Shown here in pieces: positions 40,048 to 50,311 of a stretch of 64,000 nt of DNA. The DNA lies in the NCBI GenBank assembly GCA_041660065.1, contig JBAZXC010000002.1, positions 25,084 to 89,083 of the forward strand, read 5' to 3'. The notes under the pieces were generated by a model, which was given only the letters and a program-made list of their open reading frames with translations, was not told the origin of the DNA and did not search any database. Origin of the DNA: Parcubacteria group bacterium (GTDB lineage Bacteria; Patescibacteriota; Minisyncoccia; Moranbacterales; GCA-2747515). Made by a program: the position numbers and the translations under genes. Within the stretch, counting starts at the first letter, position 1; the number at the start of each line of letters is the position of its first letter.

Positions 40048-40749
40048 TTATTGATTTAGCGTCGTGTCACTTGCCGTTGCATCGCTTTGCGACGGCAACA
40101 AAACCTCATTGTTAACATTGTCCGGCACCGCTGCCACAACATCATCATATGGCGACGCTGTGGATGGCTTTACATCCATCGTAAGCGTAAAGATGATCCG
40201 ACCGAAATCATCACGGTCCGTTGTACCCACTTTTACATTTTCAAAATATTCACTCTTTTTGAAAACATCGATTTGTTGTGCCATGACATCGAATGTATCT
40301 GAATCCGCAGTGATCGTTACCTTTCCTTGTCCGGTAATTGTTGAGCTGACAGTTCCCACCGTCTTTTTTTCATGTGCGCCGGAATCATGTTGAAACGATT
40401 TCAAAACCACGCGAGGAATCATGATCCTCTCGATCTCTTGGAAAATATCATTTGTGTCATATCCGCGATATAATTCCTTATCCATAACGTGTGATCGCAC
40501 AGCAAAGTCCGATGTTTCACCGGATAGTGATTTGACAATTTCATCATTGACAGCTGTAATTTCTCCATCCAAAACATCTGACTCGGAGCGCAATGAACTT
40601 TCCCATAATTTCAAAAGTCCATATGATGCAATAACTACAACAAGCACGCCGAAAGAAACAAGAAGCGCCCTCGAAATCGTTCTCTTACGCGGTGTCCCGC
40701 CTTGATCATCTTCAACTGCTGTATTTTTAAAACCAATTCCTGAAACCAT
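40048..40749 (-). CDS. PilN-like protein (positional call)
   Basis: Short cytoplasmic N-terminus, a single TM helix (LLVSFGVLVVVIASYGLL) and a periplasmic domain. Immediately downstream of pilM. Confidence 0.45.
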   Translation of the reverse strand: MVSGIGFKNTAVEDDQGGTPRKRTISRALLVSFGVLVVVIASYGLLKLWESSLRSESDVLDGEITAVNDEIVKSLSGETSDFAVRSHVMDKELYRGYDTNDIFQEIERIMIPRVVLKSFQHDSGAHEKKTVGTVSSTITGQGKVTITADSDTFDVMAQQIDVFKKSEYFENVKVGTTDRDDFGRIIFTLTMDVKPSTASPYDDVVAAVPDNVNNEVLLPSQSDATASDTTLNQ

Positions 40750-40796
40750 ATTTTTATTTTTAATGATTTAAAAAAATATATATAAAAATTTATACA

Positions 40797-41849
40797 TCAA
40801 TGCGATCCTTTTTCATCGATCCCTCGCAAAGCAAGTCCAATTGCGACAGAAAATGCCGAGGAAAGATCTTTGATTTTACCGGAAGTATTCTCATCATATA
40901 CGACATGGCTTAGTGGATTACCCATTGTCACTTTTAATCCTGTAAGTTGCGCCATATACTCTGGCAACCCCACAAGAAGCGACCCACCCCCGCAAAGGAC
41001 CAATGACTCTACAACATCGCTTTTTTGTGTATCCAAAACGCGTTTCACCTCATTTGCCACGAAATTCAATGACGGAAATCCCACCTTTGTTGCCCCCGTA
41101 AAAAAATTTTCTCCCCCCTCTTTCAAAACAACAGCACGTTCTCGTGTGATATTCAAGCTTTGCATGATCGCATTGGTCATATCAGATCCGCCAATATCAA
41201 CACTGCGACTGATATGCACGATACCATTCTCTACCAAAACGATATTTGTCGTTTTCGCACCCATATCCACCAGAATGAAGCGCCCTTTTGTATTGCCGAT
41301 AATTGCACGCGCAAGTGAAAAAGATTCCAGCTCCAACGAATCGATCACTACTGGTACATCTTTGAATAAACTGTCATAATATTGCACTTCACTCTTTGGC
41401 GCGGCAACAAGTAGCACCTTCATCGTTGGATTTTCTTTGTCTTTTTCGGTTTCTTCCTCATCCAAAACATCCCAGCTGACATTCACTTCATCCAATGATG
41501 CGGGAATATATTTTCGTGATTCAAATTTGATCGCAGAAGCAACATCTTTTTCACTCATGCGCGGGAAATCCACGATCATCACCAGACCATTGAAACTCGG
41601 AATTGCAACGATCGCCTTTCTTGCAGTTGGCTTCATCTGAGAAAATAGCTCCCGCAATGCATCACTCAAACGCTTCGCGTAATCATTATCATATGCATCG
41701 GGAACTTCTTTGATATTTGTCACGTTCACCCACCCATAATTCGTCAAATACGGCCTCCCCTTGGAAACCTTTAACTCCACAGCCTTGATTGACTGTGTTC
41801 CAAAATCCACCCCAAGATAATGTCCTGACCGTGAAGAAAACAATGACAT
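40797..41849 (-). CDS. pilM: Type IV pilus assembly protein PilM (actin-like ATPase fold)
   Basis: LGVDFGTQSIKAVEL N-terminal phosphate-1 motif and an ASKHA fold. 350 aa. Confidence 0.8.
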   Translation of the reverse strand: MSLFSSRSGHYLGVDFGTQSIKAVELKVSKGRPYLTNYGWVNVTNIKEVPDAYDNDYAKRLSDALRELFSQMKPTARKAIVAIPSFNGLVMIVDFPRMSEKDVASAIKFESRKYIPASLDEVNVSWDVLDEEETEKDKENPTMKVLLVAAPKSEVQYYDSLFKDVPVVIDSLELESFSLARAIIGNTKGRFILVDMGAKTTNIVLVENGIVHISRSVDIGGSDMTNAIMQSLNITRERAVVLKEGGENFFTGATKVGFPSLNFVANEVKRVLDTQKSDVVESLVLCGGGSLLVGLPEYMAQLTGLKVTMGNPLSHVVYDENTSGKIKDLSSAFSVAIGLALRGIDEKGSH

Positions 41850-41917
41850 AACTTTTTTTTATTTTATATTTTCATTATCTGTATTGTACCACAATATTTT
41901 ACAAAACCGCAAACGAC

Positions 41918-42958
41918 CTACACTACTTCTTCTGAGACAATCTCTTTTTTACGTGCATCATTTACCACTTTATGCACTTCTTTTGCAATTGTATCAAGGA
42001 GTTTTCTATTCGCTTTTAGCGTTGCTTTTGCTTGTTCTCTCCCGACGCCGAGTTTTTCCTCTTTATAACTATATGAATTGCCTTTTTTCGTAATAACCTC
42101 ATATAATGATCCCACATCCAAAACGTCTCCTGTGAGAGAAATGCCTTCATTGTACATAATATCAAACTCTGCAACCTTAAATGGTGGAGCCACTTTGTTT
42201 TTTACAATCTTCACTTTGGTACGGTTACCCACAACATTATCACCTTTTTTGATTTGTGCCGATCGCCGTACATCCATACGCATCGACGCATAGAATTTGA
42301 GTGCATTGCCACCAGTCGTTGTCTCAGGATTACCAAACATCACACCAATCTTCATGCGGATCTGATTGATAAAGATCACCACACAATTTGATTTTGCGAT
42401 GATCGGCGTTAGCTTGCGCATCGCTTGACTCATAAGTCGCGCTTGTCGTCCCATGTGTTGATCACCCATTTCCCCATCGATCTCTGCCTGTGGCGTCAAG
42501 GCTGCAACAGAGTCCACCACAATCACATCCACCACATCCGATCGCACCAATGTTTCCACAATATCCAACGCCTGCTCTCCGGCATCCGGCTGTGACACAA
42601 GAAGGTCATTGATCTTCACACCAATATTTTTTGCATATTCCGGGTCAAGTGCATGCTCTGCATCCACAAAAGCCGCCGTTCCGCCATCTCTCTGCGCATT
42701 CGCAACAATATGCAATGCAAGCGTCGTTTTACCTGATGACTCCGGTCCGTAGATCTCGATCACACGACCGCGTGGCACACCACCGATCCCCGTCGCAATA
42801 TCCAGAGAAAGTGCACCCGTCGAGATCGCAGCGACATCAACGCGTGGCACATCACCCAATTTCATAAGCATGCCGTCTCCAAATTTTGTCCTAATCTCTT
42901 TCACAACCGCATCAATACTTTTATTCTCTTCAAGATTCTCCGCTTTCTTTTTTGCCAT
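41918..42958 (-). CDS. recA: Recombinase A
   Basis: [18 protein letters not shown] Walker A, plus L1/L2 loop regions. 346 aa. Confidence 0.92.
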   Translation of the reverse strand: MAKKKAENLEENKSIDAVVKEIRTKFGDGMLMKLGDVPRVDVAAISTGALSLDIATGIGGVPRGRVIEIYGPESSGKTTLALHIVANAQRDGGTAAFVDAEHALDPEYAKNIGVKINDLLVSQPDAGEQALDIVETLVRSDVVDVIVVDSVAALTPQAEIDGEMGDQHMGRQARLMSQAMRKLTPIIAKSNCVVIFINQIRMKIGVMFGNPETTTGGNALKFYASMRMDVRRSAQIKKGDNVVGNRTKVKIVKNKVAPPFKVAEFDIMYNEGISLTGDVLDVGSLYEVITKKGNSYSYKEEKLGVGREQAKATLKANRKLLDTIAKEVHKVVNDARKKEIVSEEVV

Positions 42959-43059
42959 ATATTTTGCAATAGAATGATTACGTCAACAATTATTCCTCCC
43001 CCACCTCCTTATAATGCACTATATCATACCTTTCATTGTACTAAAAACACTCGCAATTG

Positions 43060-44052
43060 TCATCTTTTTTCTGAATCGTCATTATCATCTTTTGGGATAT
43101 TGTCACAACGTGTATCCTTGTCATATACACGATCTTTGATGCTCTCATTACCCTCGCCAAGCGGTATGAAATTTTCACCATCACAACTCACAAGCGTTCC
43201 TCCTCCGTTATCAGTGGTGATCATGATCTCTTTTGCTGCATGAAATTCTTTATTGTCACCCATAACAATTGTGCCATTATACACATTTGTGCCATCAGCA
43301 AGAACACTGACCGTAATTGTTTCTTTTTTTGTTTGTACAAAAAGTCGCACGTCTTTTTCCGGCTCCTCGATCACATACTGCGCATCGACGATCACATCCA
43401 TTGCACTTTCCTTATCAAATTTATTGGCACTTTTTACATGAATGATATTCACTCCTTGCAACAAACCTACGCTCTCTGTAAATGATCCGTCCATACCGAC
43501 AAATACCTGTTGTCCGTTTATAAAAACTCGCGAGTTATTGCGTGTTTTACCCTGCACCACGATAGAATCTTGTGTCACAACACTGTTTTGCGCAGGAGAT
43601 TCTACAATAAGCCACGGAGAGGATATGAAATTATCAACGCCAAAATACAAATACACTCCGATTGATCCCAGTATCAAAAACCCTACCCCTACCATGATCA
43701 CGCGCGGAGTGAACACAAAACGTGGCACATACGGCAATTTGTTTACCGTTTCCTCCTCATCTTTACTGTTAATGTTGTTGTATACGCTATATTCTCGTTC
43801 AAAAAGATTGAGAAGCACGTGCTCAGTCACACCAAAGAATCGCGCGTACGAACGTACAAATCCTTTTACATACACCTTCGTCGGCAATTTATTATATTGT
43901 CCTTTTTCCAATGCTTCAATATAAGAATCCTTCACATTGATCTTGTGCGAAAGATCATACACACGCATATGACGCTCCTCCCGCAATTGCCGCAACTTCT
44001 CGCCGAGTGTCAGTGATTTTACCTTTTTCCGTACAAAACTTTTTTCAATCAT
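43060..44052 (-). CDS. rodZ: RodZ-like protein (XRE-type HTH, one TM helix, periplasmic domain)
   Basis: HTH LTLGEKLRQLREERHMRVYDLSHKINV...YVKGFVRSYARFFG, a TM helix (VIMVGVGFLILGSIGVYLYF) and a C-terminal beta-rich domain. Confidence 0.6.
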   Translation of the reverse strand: MIEKSFVRKKVKSLTLGEKLRQLREERHMRVYDLSHKINVKDSYIEALEKGQYNKLPTKVYVKGFVRSYARFFGVTEHVLLNLFEREYSVYNNINSKDEEETVNKLPYVPRFVFTPRVIMVGVGFLILGSIGVYLYFGVDNFISSPWLIVESPAQNSVVTQDSIVVQGKTRNNSRVFINGQQVFVGMDGSFTESVGLLQGVNIIHVKSANKFDKESAMDVIVDAQYVIEEPEKDVRLFVQTKKETITVSVLADGTNVYNGTIVMGDNKEFHAAKEIMITTDNGGGTLVSCDGENFIPLGEGNESIKDRVYDKDTRCDNIPKDDNDDSEKR

Positions 44053-44140
44053 AACGCATCATCAAAATTATCAACTCGTTCTGAATTTCTCCTTCCTTAT
44101 ATATTCTTACTGTACTGGATAATACGCCTTTTGTACAAGT

Positions 44141-46501
44141 TTATACGTCTTCGTCCATGTGCACCTCCACATTATCATTATGATTGTCAGTCAAAACCCG
44201 CCGTCCGCGCGATCCTTCCGCAGGACCGACCACACCATTGCTTTCCAACTCATCTATCAATCGCGCAGCACGCGAATATCCGATACGCAACCGCCGCTGA
44301 ATATATGATGTTGACGCTTTACCTGTCTGAATAACCAACTCTTTTACCTCCGCATAAAGCGGGTCATCCGACTCCATAGAAGATCCTCGATTGAGATCAA
44401 GGGTCATCGCACCGCCGGAGACCTTGCCGCTACTACCCTCTGCCATAAAATCCTCATCAATTGCATATGCACCGACACTCTGCGCTTGTCTCTTAATGAA
44501 GTTTACCACTCTTCTTACCTCTTCCTCCTCTACAAAGGCGCTTTGTAAGCGATGTGGTGTGGAGCTTTGCGGACTGATAAAAAGCAGATCGCCATTACCC
44601 ACCAACTTCTCCGCTCCCGGCACATCAATAATTGTACGTGAATCGATATTTGTCGCAACTTTGAGAGCGATTCGCGCAGGCAAATTTGCTTTGATGAGTC
44701 CCGTGATTACTTCAACACTTGGTCGTTGCGTAGAAATCACCAAATGAATACCTACTGCGCGTGATTTTTGTGCCAAACGAACGATCACACCTTCCACTTC
44801 TTTGCCGTGTGATGACATCAGGTCCGACAATTCATCAATGACGATCACAATTGCAGGAAGATTTTCCATTTCTTCTTCACACCGCTGTCCCGTCTCAGGA
44901 TCGACGAAAGACCGCACACCTCCCGTTTCTCTCTTTTGTCCATATGATGCGAGATCGCGCGATCCTGTTTCTTCCAACAATTTATAGCGTCGCTCCATTT
45001 CAGAAACTGCCCATTTCAATGCATTGATCACTTTGCTGTTATCCACGATCACATCAGCCAAAAGATGCGGAATGCCATTATACAAAGTCAGTTCAACATG
45101 CTTTGGATCCACCAAGATCAATCGTAGATCATCCGGCGAATTCTTGTAGAGAAGCGATAATAAAATACAATTGATTGTCACGGATTTCCCGGACCCTGTC
45201 GTACCTGCGACAAGAAGATGTGGCATCTTACTGAGATTCTCAAAAACATAATCACCATTTACATCCTCCCCCAAGGCAAGAAGTAATTTCTTGTTTGGGT
45301 TGGAAAATTCATCAGTATTCAATAAATCACGCATACGCACGGTTGCCGGCGATTTATTTGGCACTTCGATCCCTACAAATGATTTGCCCGGAATTGGCGC
45401 CTCGATACGAATTGGATGTGCGGCAAGCGCAAGCGCGAGATCGGCATTGAGTGCTGTGATGCGCGAAAGTTTCACACCACTCTGCGGACGAAAGCTGTAT
45501 TGCGTCACTGTCGGACCGGTGACAATATCATCCAACTCCATCGTAATTCCAAAATTGGCGAATGTTTCTTCAATGCGCGCAGCTCTCTGTTTTACATCAC
45601 CACATTGTGCTTTTTCCCCGCCCTTTTTCAACAACTTGAGTGGTGGCAATTCCCAATCCACATCGCGTGGCAACGTCCTCACGTGCTCGATCATTTTTTG
45701 CTCGACGATCTCCTGCGCTTTTTGATGTGCTGACCCGACAAAAACAGGTGCACTGACCGCTGATCGCTCTTGTACATTTTGATATTCTTCATCATCAAAA
45801 TCCGTATCATCAAGATCATCCTCGCTCGTATAATCATCCGATATGATTTCCGCTTGGCTCTCTTCCGGATCCATTGCTTCATTGTCATCATCTGCTGACT
45901 CATCATCTTTTTTCTTTCGCCAAAACATCCATGTATGTTCGGGTTTACTGATAGATACGCGATCACTCATGCCGACAAAAGACATGTTGAACGCCACAAT
46001 GAGTCCGACAAGAATCACTGCAATAAGTACAACCGTTCCCGCAATTTTACCCATAAATGCCACCAAGAGATGCGCAAGTATATATCCCACATAACCACCA
46101 CCTACGCCTTCCTGCGCCATCTTTGCATAGTGGCTTTGTTCAAAAGGCAACAAGTGAAGAAGGGCAAGAAAACCCCAAAACGCAAAAGAAATTCCGATGA
46201 TCTTTGTCACATAAAATTGTGTATCAACTTTCTTGCGCAATAATATAAATCCGGCAAAAGCAAAAACAAACGGCGCAATATACTTTCCCCATCCAAAAAT
46301 TTTTCCGACGCCAGCCGTCATTTTTGCACCCGCAATGCCCGCCGCATTAAAAAATCCCAAGATAAAAAGTAAAGCCACAACGAAAAGAACAATCGCCGCG
46401 ATCGATCGTTTCGCATGACCGCTGAGCTGTAATGACACAAAGTCTTCCCCATCCCCCTCATATTCTCCTTCTTCTTTTTCTTTTTTTGATCGCATAAACA
46501 T
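44141..46501 (-). CDS. ftsK: DNA translocase FtsK/SpoIIIE
   Basis: N-terminal TM domain, Walker A AGTTGSGKSVTINC and a C-terminal gamma winged-helix (TSYIQRRLRIGYSRAARLIDELESNGVVGP). Confidence 0.9.
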   Translation of the reverse strand: MFMRSKKEKEEGEYEGDGEDFVSLQLSGHAKRSIAAIVLFVVALLFILGFFNAAGIAGAKMTAGVGKIFGWGKYIAPFVFAFAGFILLRKKVDTQFYVTKIIGISFAFWGFLALLHLLPFEQSHYAKMAQEGVGGGYVGYILAHLLVAFMGKIAGTVVLIAVILVGLIVAFNMSFVGMSDRVSISKPEHTWMFWRKKKDDESADDDNEAMDPEESQAEIISDDYTSEDDLDDTDFDDEEYQNVQERSAVSAPVFVGSAHQKAQEIVEQKMIEHVRTLPRDVDWELPPLKLLKKGGEKAQCGDVKQRAARIEETFANFGITMELDDIVTGPTVTQYSFRPQSGVKLSRITALNADLALALAAHPIRIEAPIPGKSFVGIEVPNKSPATVRMRDLLNTDEFSNPNKKLLLALGEDVNGDYVFENLSKMPHLLVAGTTGSGKSVTINCILLSLLYKNSPDDLRLILVDPKHVELTLYNGIPHLLADVIVDNSKVINALKWAVSEMERRYKLLEETGSRDLASYGQKRETGGVRSFVDPETGQRCEEEMENLPAIVIVIDELSDLMSSHGKEVEGVIVRLAQKSRAVGIHLVISTQRPSVEVITGLIKANLPARIALKVATNIDSRTIIDVPGAEKLVGNGDLLFISPQSSTPHRLQSAFVEEEEVRRVVNFIKRQAQSVGAYAIDEDFMAEGSSGKVSGGAMTLDLNRGSSMESDDPLYAEVKELVIQTGKASTSYIQRRLRIGYSRAARLIDELESNGVVGPAEGSRGRRVLTDNHNDNVEVHMDEDV

Positions 46502-46564
46502 GTGAGATCATTACCCCATTAAAAATCATATTTCATTTTAACACAAAAAAGACTTTTTCTACAA

Positions 46565-46595
46565 TAAAAGCCGGCGCGTACCAGCCCCGGCTTGT
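46565..46595. terminator. Hairpin gccggcgcgtaccagccccggc with flanking A/T runs; candidate terminator of the minus-strand gene 46614-47093
   Basis: GC stem followed by ttttattgt on the minus strand. Confidence 0.45.
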
Positions 46596-46613
46596 GTAAT
46601 AGACCATCTGTTG

Positions 46614-47093
46614 TTATCCGATCATTTTTTGCCACATTTTTCGATCATGGATACCCAGATTTTGTGTAATCTCCTGTGCTTCTTCGTGACGGCCTTGTCG
46701 ATGCAAATCACGCGCCTCGATCAACTGTGCAAATTTTTCCGCCGTATCGATCACTGCAACTTTGCGGGTACCGTTACTGGCACTATGATATGCCAGCCAA
46801 TCGTGTGTATCTACGGCATTTTTTAGCACTGTACGACGATCAAATTGTGGATATGAAAATACATCGCATTCACGATCTTGCACGTCATGTGTTGCAATCG
46901 ACTGCTGGATAGTACAGTACTTCTGCGCGATCATTTCAGATCGCACATTCCCGTACTTGGTATTTTTTACACCCATATATGACGCCTGCGCCATGTTGAC
47001 CCCGATCGCACCAGCAGCAATAACTGTCACCAAAGAACTCATAAATATTTTTCTCTTTTTTTTCATAAAAAACAATTTACATATTACATGCAC
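46614..47093 (-). CDS. Hypothetical secreted protein
   Basis: Signal-peptide-like N-terminus MKKKRKIFMSSLVTVIAAGAIGVNMAQA. Confidence 0.45.
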   Translation of the reverse strand: MHVICKLFFMKKKRKIFMSSLVTVIAAGAIGVNMAQASYMGVKNTKYGNVRSEMIAQKYCTIQQSIATHDVQDRECDVFSYPQFDRRTVLKNAVDTHDWLAYHSASNGTRKVAVIDTAEKFAQLIEARDLHRQGRHEEAQEITQNLGIHDRKMWQKMIG

Positions 47094-47187
47094 TAGTACG
47101 TATGTAATGCATGATTATCTTTCAAAAGAGTTACGCATGAACCATTAAAAGCAAAAGCAACCGCTAAAATACGGATTTTGCGTCTGA

Positions 47188-48042
47188 TCATTCTTCTTCC
47201 GCAACGCGCCATCGCACTTGTTCATTGCAAATATACGACACGGGATGAGACATGACGTGAATACGCTCAATGATCTGTTCTCGTTCGTTTATTTCTCGCT
47301 CTTCCAATTCTGCGCGCAATTTGTCTTTGATCGTCTGACGCAAACCGTTAATTTGCCTCGTACGCACATCGCATGCGACAAAAACGCCCTCCTCATTGAC
47401 CCTGCCAAGAAAAACCACTTGATCACTCGCTTGCAAATGCTCCTGTTTTTGCGGATCAATATTGCCCGTAGACACCGCCAACAAACGATTTTCCGGTGTC
47501 ATGATCACAACAAAGGACGGATCATAGGATATGATCTGTCCCATAATAATTCCTTTTTCCGGCATATTAAAGAGCATCGTTCTCCTCTTGTCCACATTGT
47601 AATAATACCGCACATGCGTACCCAACAAATGATCCACATAATAGCTGACACCAACTTTATAAAACACCGCCCCCAGCGCGACACTCAGAAGAAAATTGAT
47701 CGCGACAATCGCCCACAGAGGATATACATAACCGCGATTTGTATGACGTATGGACACGTCACACAATGTAATAAAAAGCCCCGTCAGTAGCACCCATACA
47801 CCAATGATCACAAATGTAATCCGCGGCACCGCACAGCCATAGATCTCCTGATGCAGATCCATATCACTGTTTGTGATCGTGAAAATAATGATGCTCACAA
47901 TAAGCGCACCGACAAAAACACTCAATACACCAAAAAACCACAAGGCAATATTGAACAAAACGAAACGCACGCGCGGTCGTTTGATCACCTCGCCTTTCAT
48001 AATTTTTTCCATCGCTCGCTGCGCAGCGCTGTGTTGCGTCAT
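47188..48042 (-). CDS. Polytopic membrane protein; candidate anti-sigma factor
   Basis: Translationally adjacent, 10 nt downstream of the ECF sigma gene. Four predicted TM helices and an acidic, coiled C-terminus. Confidence 0.4.
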   Translation of the reverse strand: MTQHSAAQRAMEKIMKGEVIKRPRVRFVLFNIALWFFGVLSVFVGALIVSIIIFTITNSDMDLHQEIYGCAVPRITFVIIGVWVLLTGLFITLCDVSIRHTNRGYVYPLWAIVAINFLLSVALGAVFYKVGVSYYVDHLLGTHVRYYYNVDKRRTMLFNMPEKGIIMGQIISYDPSFVVIMTPENRLLAVSTGNIDPQKQEHLQASDQVVFLGRVNEEGVFVACDVRTRQINGLRQTIKDKLRAELEEREINEREQIIERIHVMSHPVSYICNEQVRWRVAEEE

Positions 48043-48051
48043 ATAATTTGA

Positions 48052-48639
48052 TTACACATTAATATTACTTTTTTGATATAATTCTTTGAATTGTTTTTTC
48101 GCACGATTAATATGTGTCGCTACCGTGCCCGCCGGTTTTTTCAAAATGTCAGAAATCTCTTCATAATTTTTATCTTCGATATATTTTAAAATAAGAATGT
48201 CACGATATTTTTCATCCATCACATCAAAAACCTTCTGCACGACATCTTTTAAATGTTTTTTGTCCACATCGGCAACCATATCCCGCGCATCGGCAATACG
48301 TTCAAGAAAATCATCATCCACAAAAATTGTATTGCCATGCGGACGGATTTTTTTCTTACGCCAATAACTGATCGTTTCATTGTGCACGATACGATACAAC
48401 CACGACGAAAAAGACAACTTTTCATCAAAACTGTTCACATTTTGATACGCCTTCAAAAAACTTTCCTGCAGAACGTCTTCCGCTTCTTCGGTTGTAACTG
48501 CCGAGATACGTTTAATATACAAAAGCATTTTTGCCTCATATCGTTCCATAAGCAACCCAAAAAACGATGGGTCATTCCGCGTCAAAATCACCAACTCTTC
48601 GTCAGATTGTTGTGTGTTTTCATGTGATATCATATGCAA
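48052..48639 (-). CDS. RNA polymerase sigma-70 factor, ECF subfamily
   Basis: Region 2 (LLYIKRISAVTTEEAEDVLQESFLKAYQNVNSFD...FSSWLYRIVHNE) and region 4 (YRDILILKYIEDKNYEEISDIL). Confidence 0.8.
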   Translation of the reverse strand: MHMISHENTQQSDEELVILTRNDPSFFGLLMERYEAKMLLYIKRISAVTTEEAEDVLQESFLKAYQNVNSFDEKLSFSSWLYRIVHNETISYWRKKKIRPHGNTIFVDDDFLERIADARDMVADVDKKHLKDVVQKVFDVMDEKYRDILILKYIEDKNYEEISDILKKPAGTVATHINRAKKQFKELYQKSNINV

Positions 48640-48735
48640 TCCTCTATATACCCATCTTGCACATTACTACGCATTCTATCCATTTTCCTTTCATATAATG
48701 CCATCTCCAGCAAATCACTTCTCATAAGTCGCAGT

Positions 48736-48817
48736 AAATCTTGATGAAAACAGTAGAAAAAATGCGGAGTATATCTGGATATATGAAGTATTTTTTATAC
48801 TGTTTTCATCAAGATTT
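48736..48817. repeat. 20 bp near-perfect inverted repeat (aaatcttgatgaaaacagta / tactgttttcatcaagattt) with a ~40 nt spacer
   Basis: Arms at 48736-48756 and 48797-48817. Upstream of the ECF sigma gene and downstream of the HAD/mscL operon. Confidence 0.75.
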
Positions 48818-48860
48818 TCAAGACTTGGTGGGGAGTGATTTGTTGGAGATGGTATAAATA

Positions 48861-49337
48861 CTATTTCGCCAATCCAATCCATCGTGCAATATTGTATACG
48901 CAATCATCAAAAACACAGGCTGCACGATCCCAGATAGAATCAGCCGCACAACGATAGCGTCGCACGCGAATATGCTCTGCACGAGAAAAGCGTGCAAAAA
49001 GACCGTCTGTAAGAAATTTATCACCGATCGCGATCACGGGACACGTCCCTTGCATGATATAATTCAAGACCTTTTTATTCGGCTTTTTGTGCGGTGATTC
49101 GATGTATGGCACATTGAGATCGTGCGCGATCATTCTACTGCGTACACCATTGTAGTTGTTGGAAAAAAGATACACCGCATTTGATCGTTGTAATACAGAA
49201 ATTTTTTGCCGTACTGCATCGCTGACGCCTGTACTCGAACTGCATGTCAATGTCCCATCGATATCCAAAATCACCACAGAATCCCTAATAGCGTCTGTGG
49301 GTACATCATGAAAAAATTGCATGTCGCGCACAATCAC
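48861..49337 (-). CDS. HAD-superfamily phosphatase (subfamily IIIA, YqeG-like)
   Basis: ILDIDGTL motif I, then SNN (motif II) and GDKFLTD (motif IV). Confidence 0.65.
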   Translation of the reverse strand: MIVRDMQFFHDVPTDAIRDSVVILDIDGTLTCSSSTGVSDAVRQKISVLQRSNAVYLFSNNYNGVRSRMIAHDLNVPYIESPHKKPNKKVLNYIMQGTCPVIAIGDKFLTDGLFARFSRAEHIRVRRYRCAADSIWDRAACVFDDCVYNIARWIGLAK

Positions 49338-49723
49338 CTATTTTTCTTTAATAGATCGCGGATCTCCGTAAGCAATTCCACCTCCTTAGTAACTTTTTTT
49401 TCTTCTTTCTTTTCATCGGCTTTTTTCTTTTTGATCACTGCACCCATCACCTTCACCGCAAGGAATATACACAATGCGATAATGACAAAATCTACAATTG
49501 TTTGAATGAAATTTCCATACGTCAATATTGCTTCCCCAAAGGTAAACTTGAGCGTTGTAAAATCAATCCCACCAAGGAGGATGCCCATGAGTGGCATGAT
49601 AATATCATTGACAAGCGATGTTACGATCTTGCCAAATGCTCCGCCGATCACTACCGCCACTGCCAAATCCATGACATTGCCCCTAATGGCGAATTCTTGA
49701 AATTCTTTGAGAAACTTTTTCAT
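49334..49723 (-). CDS. mscL: Large-conductance mechanosensitive channel
   Basis: [37 protein letters not shown] is a near-canonical MscL N-terminus/TM1. 129 aa. Confidence 0.85.
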   Translation of the reverse strand: MKKFLKEFQEFAIRGNVMDLAVAVVIGGAFGKIVTSLVNDIIMPLMGILLGGIDFTTLKFTFGEAILTYGNFIQTIVDFVIIALCIFLAVKVMGAVIKKKKADEKKEEKKVTKEVELLTEIRDLLKKNR

Positions 49724-49768
49724 ACAAATACTATTAAATGAATTGGTGTCTCTAGCATAAAGGAAAAA

Positions 49769-50092
49769 TCACAATAATTCAAATGTGATGATCTTTACGC
49801 GTGTTTTCGGACCAACCGGTTTTTTATAGTATTGTGTGAACGCGCGATACATTTTTTCATTACTGGCATAGCGATCATGTCCGCGCCAATCTTCTTCATT
49901 TACTTGATCAAAACATTTTTCCACAACACGCGTCAATTGTGCTTGTGCAAATAGTTCTCCCGTTTCCCACACAACAAAGGAGACCTCATCTCCTACACGG
50001 AGATCCTTGTCATCAAATAATCGCCACGTTGTTGTTTTTGCGCCGGCGAGGATCTGTTCACTCAAATACTTGCGGAATTTCAGCGTCTTCAT
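49769..50092 (-). CDS. ASCH domain protein
   Basis: About 105 aa PUA-like ASCH pattern (KTTTWRLFDD...VGDEVSFVVWETGE). Confidence 0.55.
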   Translation of the reverse strand: MKTLKFRKYLSEQILAGAKTTTWRLFDDKDLRVGDEVSFVVWETGELFAQAQLTRVVEKCFDQVNEEDWRGHDRYASNEKMYRAFTQYYKKPVGPKTRVKIITFELL

Positions 50093-50261
50093 ATTTTATG
50101 TGATCAAAAATTGCATCCCTTTTTTAACCAATTGCGTGATTGCTTCTTTCTTGCAATCAGTTGATTCTCTCGCACCGCCGTATGTATGTAAAAAAATTAT
50201 CACCAAAAGATTTATGTACATTATACACCATTAAACTATTTCATTGATCGTTTTTGACTAC

Positions 50262-50296
50262 AATAAAGCCGGGTGTTTGCAAACAACCGGCTTTTC
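50262..50296. terminator. Hairpin aagccgggtgtttgcaaacaaccggctt followed by a T-run; candidate terminator downstream of the manC-like gene
   Basis: Stem gccgg/ccggc with an internal gtttgcaaac palindrome, followed by ttttcctttt. Confidence 0.45.
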
Positions 50297-50311
50297 CTTT
50301 TACATATGATC

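Noticed and set aside
40870-41379. 169 aa Ser/Thr-rich plus-strand ORF
   Set aside because: Antisense to pilM, with no start context.
43442-43924. 160 aa plus-strand ORF
   Set aside because: Antisense to the rodZ-like gene.
47218-47790. 190 aa plus-strand ORF
   Set aside because: Antisense to the candidate anti-sigma membrane protein. His/Arg-rich low complexity.
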